Source: a virus
IMG/VR virus record: IMGVR_UViG_3300048091_000425
Length of the DNA stretch: 64,000 nucleotides
Direction: 5' to 3' (one strand)
The notes below the pieces were generated by a model. The model did no database searches. It was not told the DNA's origin and saw only the letters and a program-made list of their open reading frames with translations. The number at the start of each line of letters is the position of its first letter. Positions within the stretch are counted from its first letter, which is position 1. Shown in pieces: positions 30,384 to 39,540 of the stretch. The translations under genes were made by a program, and so were the position numbers.

Positions 30384-31571
30384 ATGTTCAAGAAAGCCCT
30401 GCTACCCATGCTGATCGTTGCCGCCCTCTCGGGCTGCTACGACAAAAAAACCACGACCGTTGACGGCTCCAGCCAGGTAACGCTCACCGATTCCCTGGGC
30501 AAGATCACCGGCAGCCTGCCTGGCGACCAGCAGATGCAGTACGTCCAAGACGTCACCCTGCTGAAGAATACCTACCAGCTGGATCAACTGCAGATCGACC
30601 TGAACGGCAAGAACGCCCAGGAAATCATGGCTACCGCGCAACAACTGCGCGACAAGCTGATGCTCGATGAGCAGCAGAAGATCCAGGCTCAACTCCAGGA
30701 AGTCGCCGAGCAGTCCAAGCAGCGTGACCTGGCGTCCCTGCGTGCCGACATCGACACGCTCAAAGCCAAGCGTGATGCCGAGCTGACCAAGCTGCAATTC
30801 AAGATCGACAGCGTCGTCTTCGAACATTCGAAAAACAGCGTCACCGACGTCAACGACCCGGTCATCAACCTGCTGGTCACCAACAACACCAAGCTCAATG
30901 TCTTCGGCGCGTCGCTTGAAGGCGTTCTGACCGTTGCTGATCAGGCAGAGCCGCTGCACACCGGATTGCTGGATCTGCAACTGGAAAAGATCCTTCTGCC
31001 GGGCGAGTCGATCTCGACCTCCATCAAGCCGAGCATCATCAGTGACTGGCGTTCGGTCAAAGCCCCTGAAAATGCAGCGCTGGCGCTGACTGTCAAAGAC
31101 CTGCGTGACGAGAAAGGCGAAAGCCTGGTCGGCGGCCTGTCCTTTACCAAAGAAGACGGTGATCAGCTGACCGCTATGGCTCAGCAACTGCTGGCGCTGG
31201 ATCCGACGGCACAGACCGAAGCCGAAGCTCTGATCAACCCGGCACAGATCGCGCTGCCGCTGCCTGTGACCGCGCCAGAAGCCTCGTCTGATGCAGAACC
31301 GGCCCCAGTGGCCCCAACTGCTCCAGAAGCCGCTCAGCCGGACGTCAGCAACGCCATGCCCGTTCAATTGATGCCTGAATCGGAAGTCAGCCTGCCGAAA
31401 GAAGCTGAAGTGGCCCCGGCCCCAGCTCCTGAAGTAGCAGCTCCGGTCACCGCTGAACCTGTTGTAGAAGCGCCAGAAGCCACCCCGGCTGATGAAAACG
31501 CTCCTGACTTCACCCAGATCCAGGCTCCAACCGAAGCGCCTACTGCTGAAAACACCCCCGCGTCCAACTGA
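30384..31571 (+). CDS. lipoprotein with coiled-coil and Pro/Ala/Glu-rich tail
   Basis: MFKKALLPMLIVAALSGC lipobox; low-complexity C-terminus. Confidence 0.85.
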   Translation: MFKKALLPMLIVAALSGCYDKKTTTVDGSSQVTLTDSLGKITGSLPGDQQMQYVQDVTLLKNTYQLDQLQIDLNGKNAQEIMATAQQLRDKLMLDEQQKIQAQLQEVAEQSKQRDLASLRADIDTLKAKRDAELTKLQFKIDSVVFEHSKNSVTDVNDPVINLLVTNNTKLNVFGASLEGVLTVADQAEPLHTGLLDLQLEKILLPGESISTSIKPSIISDWRSVKAPENAALALTVKDLRDEKGESLVGGLSFTKEDGDQLTAMAQQLLALDPTAQTEAEALINPAQIALPLPVTAPEASSDAEPAPVAPTAPEAAQPDVSNAMPVQLMPESEVSLPKEAEVAPAPAPEVAAPVTAEPVVEAPEATPADENAPDFTQIQAPTEAPTAENTPASN

Positions 31572-31621
31572 TCCCTCCACTCAGTCGACAAGCGTCTAGT
31601 CCGGCGCTTGTTACTGAAGAC

Positions 31622-31652
31622 AAAAAGGCCGCATTCAGATGCGGCCTTTTTT
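31622..31652. terminator. bidirectional terminator
   Basis: AAAAAGGCCGCAT / ATGCGGCCTTTTTT between convergent genes. Confidence 0.85.
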
Positions 31653-31670
31653 CGTCCTGCAATTGTGCGA

Positions 31671-32234
31671 TCAGGCGGTTAGGCGTTCCTGGTGGAGAAG
31701 CCTGGATTTGCCAACCACTGCTTTCCACACGACCCGCCAGAACAGCAACTCCTCGTCAGTCACCTTGTAGACCTGGCTCTGCTCGACCACATCCATCAGG
31801 TTTTCCAGGATGAGGTAGGTTTTGAGCGCTTCTACATCCAGGGTCGCGCTGTAAAAGCTGCACATATCCAGGCCAGCGGCGAGGTCATCACTGCTCATCA
31901 CGCCCTTAGTGTGAAGGTCGCGCATGCCCAGTTCGGCCCGCTCAAAGAAGATTTCAGGATCTAGCTCTTGCGTGCCAAGGCTGGACTGGCAACGTGCGGC
32001 GACCAGCGCCCAGGACTTGCTGGACAGAAAACCCGGCACATCTGCACCCAGCTCGTCTGCCGAAAAGAACACCTGACGGACACCCTCGGGCTGACTGACA
32101 ACCAACAGCAGACCATCGCTGTCCAGTTGATACAGCAACCTGAGTTCCTGGGACGGCAGGCGCGGGTCGATCAGCTTGATCCGAAAAGCTTTGGATAAGG
32201 ACTGGCGACTGGTGTACGAAACGGAGCTGGACAT
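31671..32234 (-). CDS. hypothetical protein
   Basis: 187-aa ORF. Confidence 0.65.
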   Translation of the reverse strand: MSSSVSYTSRQSLSKAFRIKLIDPRLPSQELRLLYQLDSDGLLLVVSQPEGVRQVFFSADELGADVPGFLSSKSWALVAARCQSSLGTQELDPEIFFERAELGMRDLHTKGVMSSDDLAAGLDMCSFYSATLDVEALKTYLILENLMDVVEQSQVYKVTDEELLFWRVVWKAVVGKSRLLHQERLTA

Positions 32235-32273
32235 AAGGCTTCCCGCAAAACTTGGTCAATATTCCTTTTTTGT

Positions 32274-33107
32274 TTAAAGGCCTAAGCCCTGTTCTGGATA
32301 TTGCCAACTTCCTGGCTTCTTTCCAAGGCCCTTGCGCTCGACGGTCAGCTGCGCCTCCTTCATCAACTCATTGCCCATCTGCTCATGCAAGGCCAGCAAC
32401 AGCTCATTCTGGTGATTTTCATGCAGGCTGGACAGCAGATCCACGGCAAGAGCCACCTTACGGCTATGTGGCGCTTGGGCATACCGCGTCATGACGTCGA
32501 ACACGCCGGTGAGGCTGGACGCCGAGGTGAGTTTGGCCCCAAAAAAACGCAGATCTCTGTCCGCCGCAACACTGGTGGGGTTATTGAGCGGCAGCTGTGC
32601 CCCTTCCCGGCTAAGATAAAGCGCAGAAAAGGCTGCAATGAGGCCAGGGGTTGATTGGCTGTGGTACATCGTCAGTAGCTGACCCACCGTGAACTGCTTG
32701 CCAAAGACCTGCTCGGCCCTGATCAAGCTGTCGAATTCAAAGCTGACCTCGCTTGAATAAATGAACATAAATTGACCAATCAATTTAAGGCCCAGGTTGC
32801 CGAACTCAAGACCCATGGCTTGTGTGCACACCGAACTGCCCTGGAATGACTTTGCAAGGCACAGAAAGGCATAGGGCTCTAAATGATCCACCATGTCAGC
32901 ACACACAGGCTTGCGCATTAGCTCATCCTCCAGCACCGGGCTCACATAGTACCGATGAGCAAAGGCCGGCGAGCGCTCAATGCCTGGCCGCGTCATCAAC
33001 GCTTCAAGCGATTCCATTGCCAGCTCAGCATTACCCTGCCGGAGGTGCAAGCGGTAGGCGTTGAATAAATCTTCGGCTTCCGAGGATCCAACAAAGCTTT
33101 GCATCAT
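32274..33107 (-). CDS. hypothetical protein with degenerate xLGL tail
   Basis: 277 aa ending QYPEQGLGL*. Confidence 0.7.
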   Translation of the reverse strand: MMQSFVGSSEAEDLFNAYRLHLRQGNAELAMESLEALMTRPGIERSPAFAHRYYVSPVLEDELMRKPVCADMVDHLEPYAFLCLAKSFQGSSVCTQAMGLEFGNLGLKLIGQFMFIYSSEVSFEFDSLIRAEQVFGKQFTVGQLLTMYHSQSTPGLIAAFSALYLSREGAQLPLNNPTSVAADRDLRFFGAKLTSASSLTGVFDVMTRYAQAPHSRKVALAVDLLSSLHENHQNELLLALHEQMGNELMKEAQLTVERKGLGKKPGSWQYPEQGLGL

Positions 33108-33128
33108 AGAAGACTGAACCTGGGCGAT

Positions 33129-33311
33129 TTATAAGTGGTTGGCAAGCCAGACACCGGCGAACGGTGCGACAGTGATAACGAGTAGGCAGAGCGACTGGAC
33201 GATGAGCATTCGATGAAAGCTGCGGCGTAACAGGACAGAAGTGCCGGCAATGGTTGCATGCAAACCCGCTTTGGTCTGCTGATACTCTGGGTCATCCAGC
33301 AAATTAGACAT
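33129..33311 (-). CDS. small membrane protein
   Basis: GAGGA RBS, MSNLLDDPEY..., C-terminal TM segment; 60 aa. Confidence 0.55.
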   Translation of the reverse strand: MSNLLDDPEYQQTKAGLHATIAGTSVLLRRSFHRMLIVQSLCLLVITVAPFAGVWLANHL

Positions 33312-33322
33312 AAAATCCTCGT

Positions 33323-33348
33323 AAAAAACCCCAGCATAAGCTGGGGCT
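33323..33348 (-). terminator. intrinsic terminator after the vWA gene
   Basis: CCCCAGC / GCTGGGG stem plus T6 on the minus strand. Confidence 0.75.
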
Positions 33349-33416
33349 TGGAGCAAAAGAACGCGTCTGGCGCGTCCGAGGAGGATAATCCAATCCCCCT
33401 CGAGACACCATCACTC

Positions 33417-35987
33417 TTAGACGTCATCCATAACGACGTGCTTGCCCCACTTGTCGGTCGGCGGGGTTTGATGTGGGCAGGTAATCCACAACACCTCCTG
33501 TGGCACTCCCAATGGAGCTTTCTCCGGCACGGTGATCGCACCGTCGGTGAACACGCAGATCAGGTTACCTCTCGGCGCTCGCTCCATCATCATCTCTTTC
33601 CAGACCATGTCAAAGGCAGGTCGCAAGTCAGAACCGCCCTGACCAGTGATGACGAACTGCCTCTTGTTGATCTGTTCCATGGCCTGTTTGGTGTTCAGCC
33701 TGGACGTAACCCCGGTATCGCACTGGATCACCACGATTTCCATGCTCTGGTCGACAGCCATCCGCTCAATCAGACCCATGGAGCGACGCAGGCTGTTCAG
33801 ATCCTTGCCGGTCATCATCGAGCCGCTGACGTCCTGAATCACGTACATGGTCGCCGTGTTCTTGATCAACCCAGGGCGGATCATGTGGTTTTCAAAGAAC
33901 GTGTTGCGCTTGTTGGCCTTGGAGTACGACCGCTTGATTTCACGACCGTATTTACCCAGGAAGCGACGCATCCGCGCTGTAAAGGACAACGGCGGGTGCA
34001 AGATCCCATCGATCTGCGTCTTGAGCCAGTTCGGCAGCGAGCCCATCCCCTGCCCACCGGCTTGCAAGTCCTCTTGAATAGCCCGGTTCAGCGTCTGGCG
34101 CTTACGCTCCGCCGTCTCCGCAGGTGTTTCTTGCGCAAACGGGTTGCCCGGCAAGTGGTCGCAGTTGATGTTGATGTCGCCTTCCAGGTCGTTCTGACCC
34201 AGTTCTTTGATCGCGTCCTCATAAGCCTGATCCATGCTTTGATCGTCGATCATGTCTTTACCAGAGGCCATGCGCCGGTCAACGCCGTTCATGCCGCCGT
34301 CTTGACCCGTCAGCGAGTTGGTCAGCTCTTCATTGAGGTCGTTCAGCGCCTCTTCAACGTCGCGACGAGCTTGCTTCTCGGAAATCGGTTGACCGTCATA
34401 CGGCATATTTGGGTCGTACGGGGTTTCCCCCTGCCCCTGAGAACCAGCACCAGGCTCACCTTGACCCAGCTCACCCTCGCCAGGTTGGCCTTGACCGGGT
34501 TGACCAGCACCAGGCGTTCCACCCTGCCCCGGCATGCCGTCATGGGATTGATCCGAAGACGGCTCACCGTCCATCGAAGGCTCGCCAGGCTGACCGCCTT
34601 CTTGACCAGGCATTGGCTCCCCACCGCCCATATCATCCGTTTTCTGGCCAGGCTGATCACCGGGTTGGCCGTCAGTCGGCTGACCGTCGTTGTTCAGTGA
34701 TGGCTCACCGTCTTGACCCGGTGCGCCGTTTTCACCCGGCACTTCCTGACCGTCTGGGCCTTCTTTCCCTTCACCAGGCTTACCAGGCTCGCCGTCACCA
34801 GGCTCATTGCCGTCTTCTTGCGGGCCGTCACCCTCATTACCAGGCGAAGGTTGCTGATCACCAGGTGCGTCGTCGCCGTCAGGCGAGCTCTCGCCAGGCT
34901 CATCTTTCCCAGGCTCTTCTACGCCGTTCTCAGGCGCTTTGGTGACCTTGTCGACGTAGTCTTCAGCGATATCAGCCAAATCCTGCTCGAGCTCTTCCAG
35001 ATGCTTCTCGCGGGTAGCTTCGGTCGGAATCTTGTCGTATTCATCGGAAATGCGCTGTGTTTCTTTCTGCATGAAGTCCTGAATGGCCTTTTCCAGGCCC
35101 TTCTTCAGGTTTTCTTTGGCTTCCTCATGCGGATTTTTAGGCGCATTGGCTGGGGTAGGCTCAGGCTCTGGTGGAGGTGGCGGCGCTACAGGTTCCTCTT
35201 CAGGATCTTGAGGTGCCACAGGATTGTCTTTCCAGTTGATCCCGGCGAGGTCGGACAGAACGTCATCGAGCTCTTTGCCCTCTTGAATCACGGCATCACT
35301 GGCCGTTTTTTTCTTATTGGTGGCGTCCTTGTTGGCCTCGCTGACCTTCTCCCAAGCTTTGGTCAGAGATTCACGAGCTTCTTTGTTGATCGCCCTGTCG
35401 CGATCCCAGGCGGCCTTCTTGACGGGATCGGACATCGCTTCCATGTATTGCTGCTTCAGCGCTGCCGCTTTTTCCGAAACAGCCTTCATGTGAATGGCGT
35501 AGATTTCTTCAGCCGAGTGGTTTTTGTACTTGGCATCCCACAGGGTGTTGGCCGGCAACTTGATTTTGAAGTGAACAACCTTCCCGTCTTTTTTGGTAAA
35601 GGACAGGGTGCTCAGCGACGTCTTGATGATGTCGTTGATGACGAAGTCGTGGGCGATGTTGGCCATGCGCAGGCGCAGACCCTTGAAGCGATCCCAGAAG
35701 TCCAGGCCAACGTGCAAGGCTTCATGCAGCAAGCAACCAATGATCTCGCCTGGATCGAGCTTACCCATGAAGTCAGGGTTGTAGACAATGCAGCCCCTGC
35801 CATCGACACCGATAGTTGGCACTGATTTGGAGGGCCCGGCCAGCCATAATTCAGAGGCCAAGACACCGAAAAATGGACTGTGCGTACGCAGCTCAAGAAG
35901 CAACAGCTTGATCCGCTGGTGCAGTTCCTGATCCATCTCCTCCATTACAGGCTTGATCACCTTAGGTGTCGCTAATCCCATGCCCAT
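33417..35987 (-). CDS. DUF2201-type putative metallopeptidase (HExxH) + vWA (MIDAS) protein with long G/P/E/D/Q-rich linker
   Basis: HSPFFGVL..., TIGVDG...YNPDF, LLHEALHV, NIAHD..IN; C-terminal IQDVSGSM, CDT, GGSDLRPAF, FTDG; GGAG RBS before ATG 35987. Confidence 0.85.
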   Translation of the reverse strand: MGMGLATPKVIKPVMEEMDQELHQRIKLLLLELRTHSPFFGVLASELWLAGPSKSVPTIGVDGRGCIVYNPDFMGKLDPGEIIGCLLHEALHVGLDFWDRFKGLRLRMANIAHDFVINDIIKTSLSTLSFTKKDGKVVHFKIKLPANTLWDAKYKNHSAEEIYAIHMKAVSEKAAALKQQYMEAMSDPVKKAAWDRDRAINKEARESLTKAWEKVSEANKDATNKKKTASDAVIQEGKELDDVLSDLAGINWKDNPVAPQDPEEEPVAPPPPPEPEPTPANAPKNPHEEAKENLKKGLEKAIQDFMQKETQRISDEYDKIPTEATREKHLEELEQDLADIAEDYVDKVTKAPENGVEEPGKDEPGESSPDGDDAPGDQQPSPGNEGDGPQEDGNEPGDGEPGKPGEGKEGPDGQEVPGENGAPGQDGEPSLNNDGQPTDGQPGDQPGQKTDDMGGGEPMPGQEGGQPGEPSMDGEPSSDQSHDGMPGQGGTPGAGQPGQGQPGEGELGQGEPGAGSQGQGETPYDPNMPYDGQPISEKQARRDVEEALNDLNEELTNSLTGQDGGMNGVDRRMASGKDMIDDQSMDQAYEDAIKELGQNDLEGDININCDHLPGNPFAQETPAETAERKRQTLNRAIQEDLQAGGQGMGSLPNWLKTQIDGILHPPLSFTARMRRFLGKYGREIKRSYSKANKRNTFFENHMIRPGLIKNTATMYVIQDVSGSMMTGKDLNSLRRSMGLIERMAVDQSMEIVVIQCDTGVTSRLNTKQAMEQINKRQFVITGQGGSDLRPAFDMVWKEMMMERAPRGNLICVFTDGAITVPEKAPLGVPQEVLWITCPHQTPPTDKWGKHVVMDDV

Positions 35988-36136
35988 TGCAAACTCCAAC
36001 AACTAAAACCTCATTACTTTGATTTTGGCATGGGAGACTTCGCCGGCACCACAGGCAATTGTGCAAAATTGCCAGGGCTTGTCCCCTGCCGCCACCGCGT
36101 AGGCAAGACGCTCCACTCACCCAGTTGATGCGTCAT

Positions 36137-36540
36137 GTTGTTCGACATCCATTCATGATTTGACCGGCTGGGTGAGGTATCGGAGCACTTTCCACCGACG
36201 CCGTCGTCCGACACCCTGTGGCCCCCCGCACCCCACTAGACAGCTGTTGTTCTTGATGTTGAGCCAGCTTTTAAAATATTGATGGTCTAACTCTAAAAAT
36301 CTCAATGGCCTACCACCCCTAAAATGGGATGGCTCCACTTCAAGCCTCAAATGCCTTTGTCATGGCCATGCGGGCCGTGACCAGTCAGCGCCCTGGCCTT
36401 CTATCGGGCCGACCTCACCGACCAAAGCCAAAGAGCTTGATGGCAGAAATCAAGGTCAAAAGCCTGGCGATTAAAAGCCAAAGCCTCTTCTGACAAGATC
36501 AAAAGCTCCTCGCCTAAAAGCCAAAGCCTTTTCTAGCGAC
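36137..36540. repeat. non-coding module B (counterpart of 28037-28530)
   Basis: GTTGTTCGACATCCATTCA..TTTGACCGG, CACCCCACTAGACAGCTGTTG, then AAAGCC-rich tract. Confidence 0.6.
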
Positions 36541-36544
36541 TAAC

Positions 36545-36569
36545 AAAAAGGCCCCTTTCGGGGCCTCTT
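36545..36569 (-). terminator. intrinsic terminator after the AAA ATPase
   Basis: AGGCCCC-GAAA-GGGGCCT plus T5 on the minus strand. Confidence 0.75.
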
Positions 36570-36583
36570 GAAGCGTGAGGGTT

Positions 36584-37837
36584 TTACTTCTCAAGCATCG
36601 TGCTGACGTCTTTGATCGCTTTCATGACTGCCGGGAAGTCAGCGTTTTTCAACACCGGATCGGATTCATCGAAGCCGTAGCCGATTCCTGCCAACAGGCC
36701 TACCAGCGTTTCGTCCTTGTGATTGGCCTTCTGCGCCAAGAATCGGGTGCAGAACACGCCCATTTCGCGGTCTTCAACCATCAGTTCAGCAACCACCTTG
36801 CAGAACTTGATCAGCAACTCGGTCTTTTGCGCGTTCACTTTCGCAGTGAACTTGTAACCGGACTCCTCGTTGATTTTGTCGTTCAGGAGCAGAGCGTGCT
36901 GACGCAAGGCCTGGGCAACTGCGTAAACACAGCCTTTGGCGTTTCGTTTTTCTTCAGGCAGTGCTCCCCACATCTTTGGGTTGTCCATCAGCTGGGCTGA
37001 GGTTGGATAACCCATCATGGTGATGGCGTAGGTAGTGAAAGCCGTTGAGGTCTTTTCACCGACCAAGGACTGAACGTAAGTCGCCGAACTTGGGAACAGC
37101 ATGGATGGCTTGAAGTGGCCGATACCATCCCACTTGCGCATCGAGCTTACACCGAGGGTCGTCCACAAGCGTGGCGAAGGGCCGCAGTTGTTTTCGTCGA
37201 AGCACTTGATGTTCAGCTTTTCATCGCCACGGCTCGGGGCGAAAAATTCAGGGTTTGCTTCCAGGAAGCCTGCGAACAGCGGATCGAGCATACGGTTGCA
37301 AGGCAGATCCAGCCAATATTTGAAGTTGGCCTTGTACTCGATCACGTGGCAACGACCGGTCAGTGCCGCACTCCATGGGATGGCGTATGCGCCGTCGGCG
37401 GTACCGTTACCCGTCAGGGCGATCAGAACGTTTTTACCCAGTTTGTGCTCACCGATCCGACCGAACTGTACCAGCTCGAGGATGGCGTTCTGTACGCTTT
37501 GGTCAGCCGCCGTCACGTCGTCGAGCAGCAGAATGCCGTGGCCGTCGCCGATGTTTTGTTCCAGCAGCGGCAACAGAACGCTTTCGGTGATGGCTTGGTT
37601 AACGACCCAAACGCCACGCTCACCTTCTTTTTCGCCAGGAATGAGTTCCGGGATTGGGTAGGTACCCATGTCCTCTTTGGACTTGCCGGCTACGGCCAGA
37701 CGAGCGAATGCGTCACCTGGACGGCGCATCGCCATGATGGCGTGGGTTTTACCGATACCTGGGCCACCGGTCAAAATCACGCCGAAGTAGCGGTCGACCT
37801 CTTCCTGCCTCGCAACCATGTCATATTCAATAAACAT
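36584..37837 (-). CDS. MoxR-like AAA+ ATPase (AAA_5 type)
   Basis: Walker A GGPGIGKT, Walker B ILLLDDV, VQNAILELV..GRIG, TGN, SAALTGRC, PSPRLW. Confidence 0.88.
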   Translation of the reverse strand: MFIEYDMVARQEEVDRYFGVILTGGPGIGKTHAIMAMRRPGDAFARLAVAGKSKEDMGTYPIPELIPGEKEGERGVWVVNQAITESVLLPLLEQNIGDGHGILLLDDVTAADQSVQNAILELVQFGRIGEHKLGKNVLIALTGNGTADGAYAIPWSAALTGRCHVIEYKANFKYWLDLPCNRMLDPLFAGFLEANPEFFAPSRGDEKLNIKCFDENNCGPSPRLWTTLGVSSMRKWDGIGHFKPSMLFPSSATYVQSLVGEKTSTAFTTYAITMMGYPTSAQLMDNPKMWGALPEEKRNAKGCVYAVAQALRQHALLLNDKINEESGYKFTAKVNAQKTELLIKFCKVVAELMVEDREMGVFCTRFLAQKANHKDETLVGLLAGIGYGFDESDPVLKNADFPAVMKAIKDVSTMLEK

Positions 37838-37993
37838 GTCTTACCTCATCCACTGCGTTCTGCCTGCTGCGTTTTGACAGCAAAAAAGCACTCATGCATT
37901 TAACATATCAATGGAGAAACACCTGGCGCACGCGTTTCTGCGAAAATTTGCAGGATTCTATGCTGGCTCAGCAGGGAAAGCACGCAAAAGCAC

Positions 37994-38090
37994 AGCAAGC
38001 CGCGCTCTGCGCCGAAAAGAGTCACAAGCAAGCCGCGCCCTGCGCTGGAGTAGATCAAGATCAAGGGCAACAGCAAGCCGCGCCTCGCGC
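37994..38090 (+). repeat. three 19-bp direct repeats AGCAAGCCGCGC(N3)GCGC
   Basis: Copies at 37994, 38027 and 38072 in the region upstream of the AAA gene. Confidence 0.7.
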
Positions 38091-38112
38091 CGGATTTGGA
38101 GGTAACCCGCCT

Positions 38113-38574
38113 TCAGATCGCGGGAGGGGATTTGGATTTTTGCATCATCGCAGCACGAGCAGCCTGGATGATCTTATTTCGACGGGTAAAGGTAAATTCG
38201 TCGAGGATCTCGAAGCGGATTTCGGTAAATTTGGCAATTTTCTCGTGATAGAAGTCCCAAGGATCAATCCAGCAGATGTTGAAGGTCATGTGACCATCTG
38301 GTGTTTGAGGAACTTCCAGGCGCGTGATCAGCCCCTGTGGACGATAGGTTACGCGGTCATTATGGCGCCCAATAAGCTCGGTCTTCAGCTTGTCATGAAA
38401 GCCCAACCGCAGTTGCTGAACCGGCACACCCAAGCGAGCGGACTCCAACTGCATGAAGCGACTGATTCTCCACACTTGATGATCAGCCCAGCTGATGGCG
38501 TTTTCATCGGACGCGTAAAGCGCTTCATGATGCAGTGTCTTTTTTGACATGAGTTCCAAACCCGCCATATCCAT
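38113..38574 (-). CDS. hypothetical protein
   Basis: 153 aa, co-oriented with the AAA gene. Confidence 0.6.
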   Translation of the reverse strand: MDMAGLELMSKKTLHHEALYASDENAISWADHQVWRISRFMQLESARLGVPVQQLRLGFHDKLKTELIGRHNDRVTYRPQGLITRLEVPQTPDGHMTFNICWIDPWDFYHEKIAKFTEIRFEILDEFTFTRRNKIIQAARAAMMQKSKSPPAI

Positions 38575-38731
38575 ATTTCCCGATTATGGCCATAAGCTGT
38601 CATACCGTCAAATCCATGGCAAAACACCTTATCCTCAATTATTGGAGGGACTTATCGGTTTTCATCCGAGTTGAATCAGCAGAGTGTTTCGTCTATTTTT
38701 GATCAATTGACAAATGGTGAGGCGAATCACT

Positions 38732-39127
38732 ATGCAATTGACGCTATCGCTTGTTGATGTCAATCCTGGGCAATTGGCCGATATGTTTGAGGGTAAAATT
38801 GCCCAGCGGCTGATCAACCACCTGTATGTGGAATGTGCCCTGGATAAAGATGGCATCAGCCGGGTCTTACCGCTGTTGAGACGAGCCTTCGTCAGTTGCG
38901 CGAAAGCAGTGACGTGTGAAGCCAAGCTTGCGCCGTATACGGTGCAAGCTGACGGTAAAATCGCAGAGGTATCTGCTGCTGATCAGCAGGCCACCCAGGA
39001 GCTGGTCAATGAGATGGCGCTGCTGACTGCTCAGGTACTTGATGAAAACCGTCTCGAACTCTTACTGAGCTTGGCCACGGTCATGGCGGAGCAGGACGAG
39101 AAATGGGTAAAACGCACCCGGCACTGA
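38732..39127 (+). CDS. hypothetical protein
   Basis: GAGG RBS before ATG 38732. Confidence 0.65.
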   Translation: MQLTLSLVDVNPGQLADMFEGKIAQRLINHLYVECALDKDGISRVLPLLRRAFVSCAKAVTCEAKLAPYTVQADGKIAEVSAADQQATQELVNEMALLTAQVLDENRLELLLSLATVMAEQDEKWVKRTRH

Positions 39128-39231
39128 AACCAGGTCAATTGTCGTAGCCCTAACGGGAGAAAACGATTTCCTCCAGGCATGGGTGCCTGCCACCGGGGAG
39201 TGCTGCTCTCCGATGCCGCCCCTGCCCGCCT

Positions 39232-39483
39232 CTATCGCGTGCTGTTGTTGTGTGGCCTCATGATCGCGCTCTGAAGAAACGCCTCACGAAAAATCTCGTT
39301 TTTCTCCCGAGCCTCCAGCTCAGCTATGGGTGGACTGACCATCAAGCGGTAACCCTCCCCTGGGTAGGCCGCCTCGAACTCGCTCACGCTGGCCCTGGCC
39401 TTGTCCAGGCTCTCACAGAAAGCCGTGATGACGTGCTGCTTGAGCGTCAGGTTGACGACTGTTACCACGATGGTCTTATCCAT
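39232..39483 (-). CDS. small hypothetical protein
   Basis: AAGGA RBS; 83 aa. Confidence 0.65.
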   Translation of the reverse strand: MDKTIVVTVVNLTLKQHVITAFCESLDKARASVSEFEAAYPGEGYRLMVSPPIAELEAREKNEIFREAFLQSAIMRPHNNSTR

Positions 39484-39540
39484 GACACTGATCCTTTGAA
39501 AATGAGGGCCCCGTGAAGGGCCCCAAGCAGCTTATGAACC

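Noticed and set aside
30402-31580. 392-aa minus-strand ORF
   Set aside because: Antisense shadow of the lipoprotein gene, which has a clear lipobox and RBS.
33258-35825. 480-aa and 370-aa plus-strand ORFs
   Set aside because: Antisense shadows of the vWA/metallopeptidase gene, produced by its codon bias and low complexity.
37894-38547. 217-aa plus-strand ORF with QQAA/APxAG repeats
   Set aside because: Its repeats simply translate the 19-bp DNA repeats, and its 3' half is antisense to the better-supported 38113-38574 gene.
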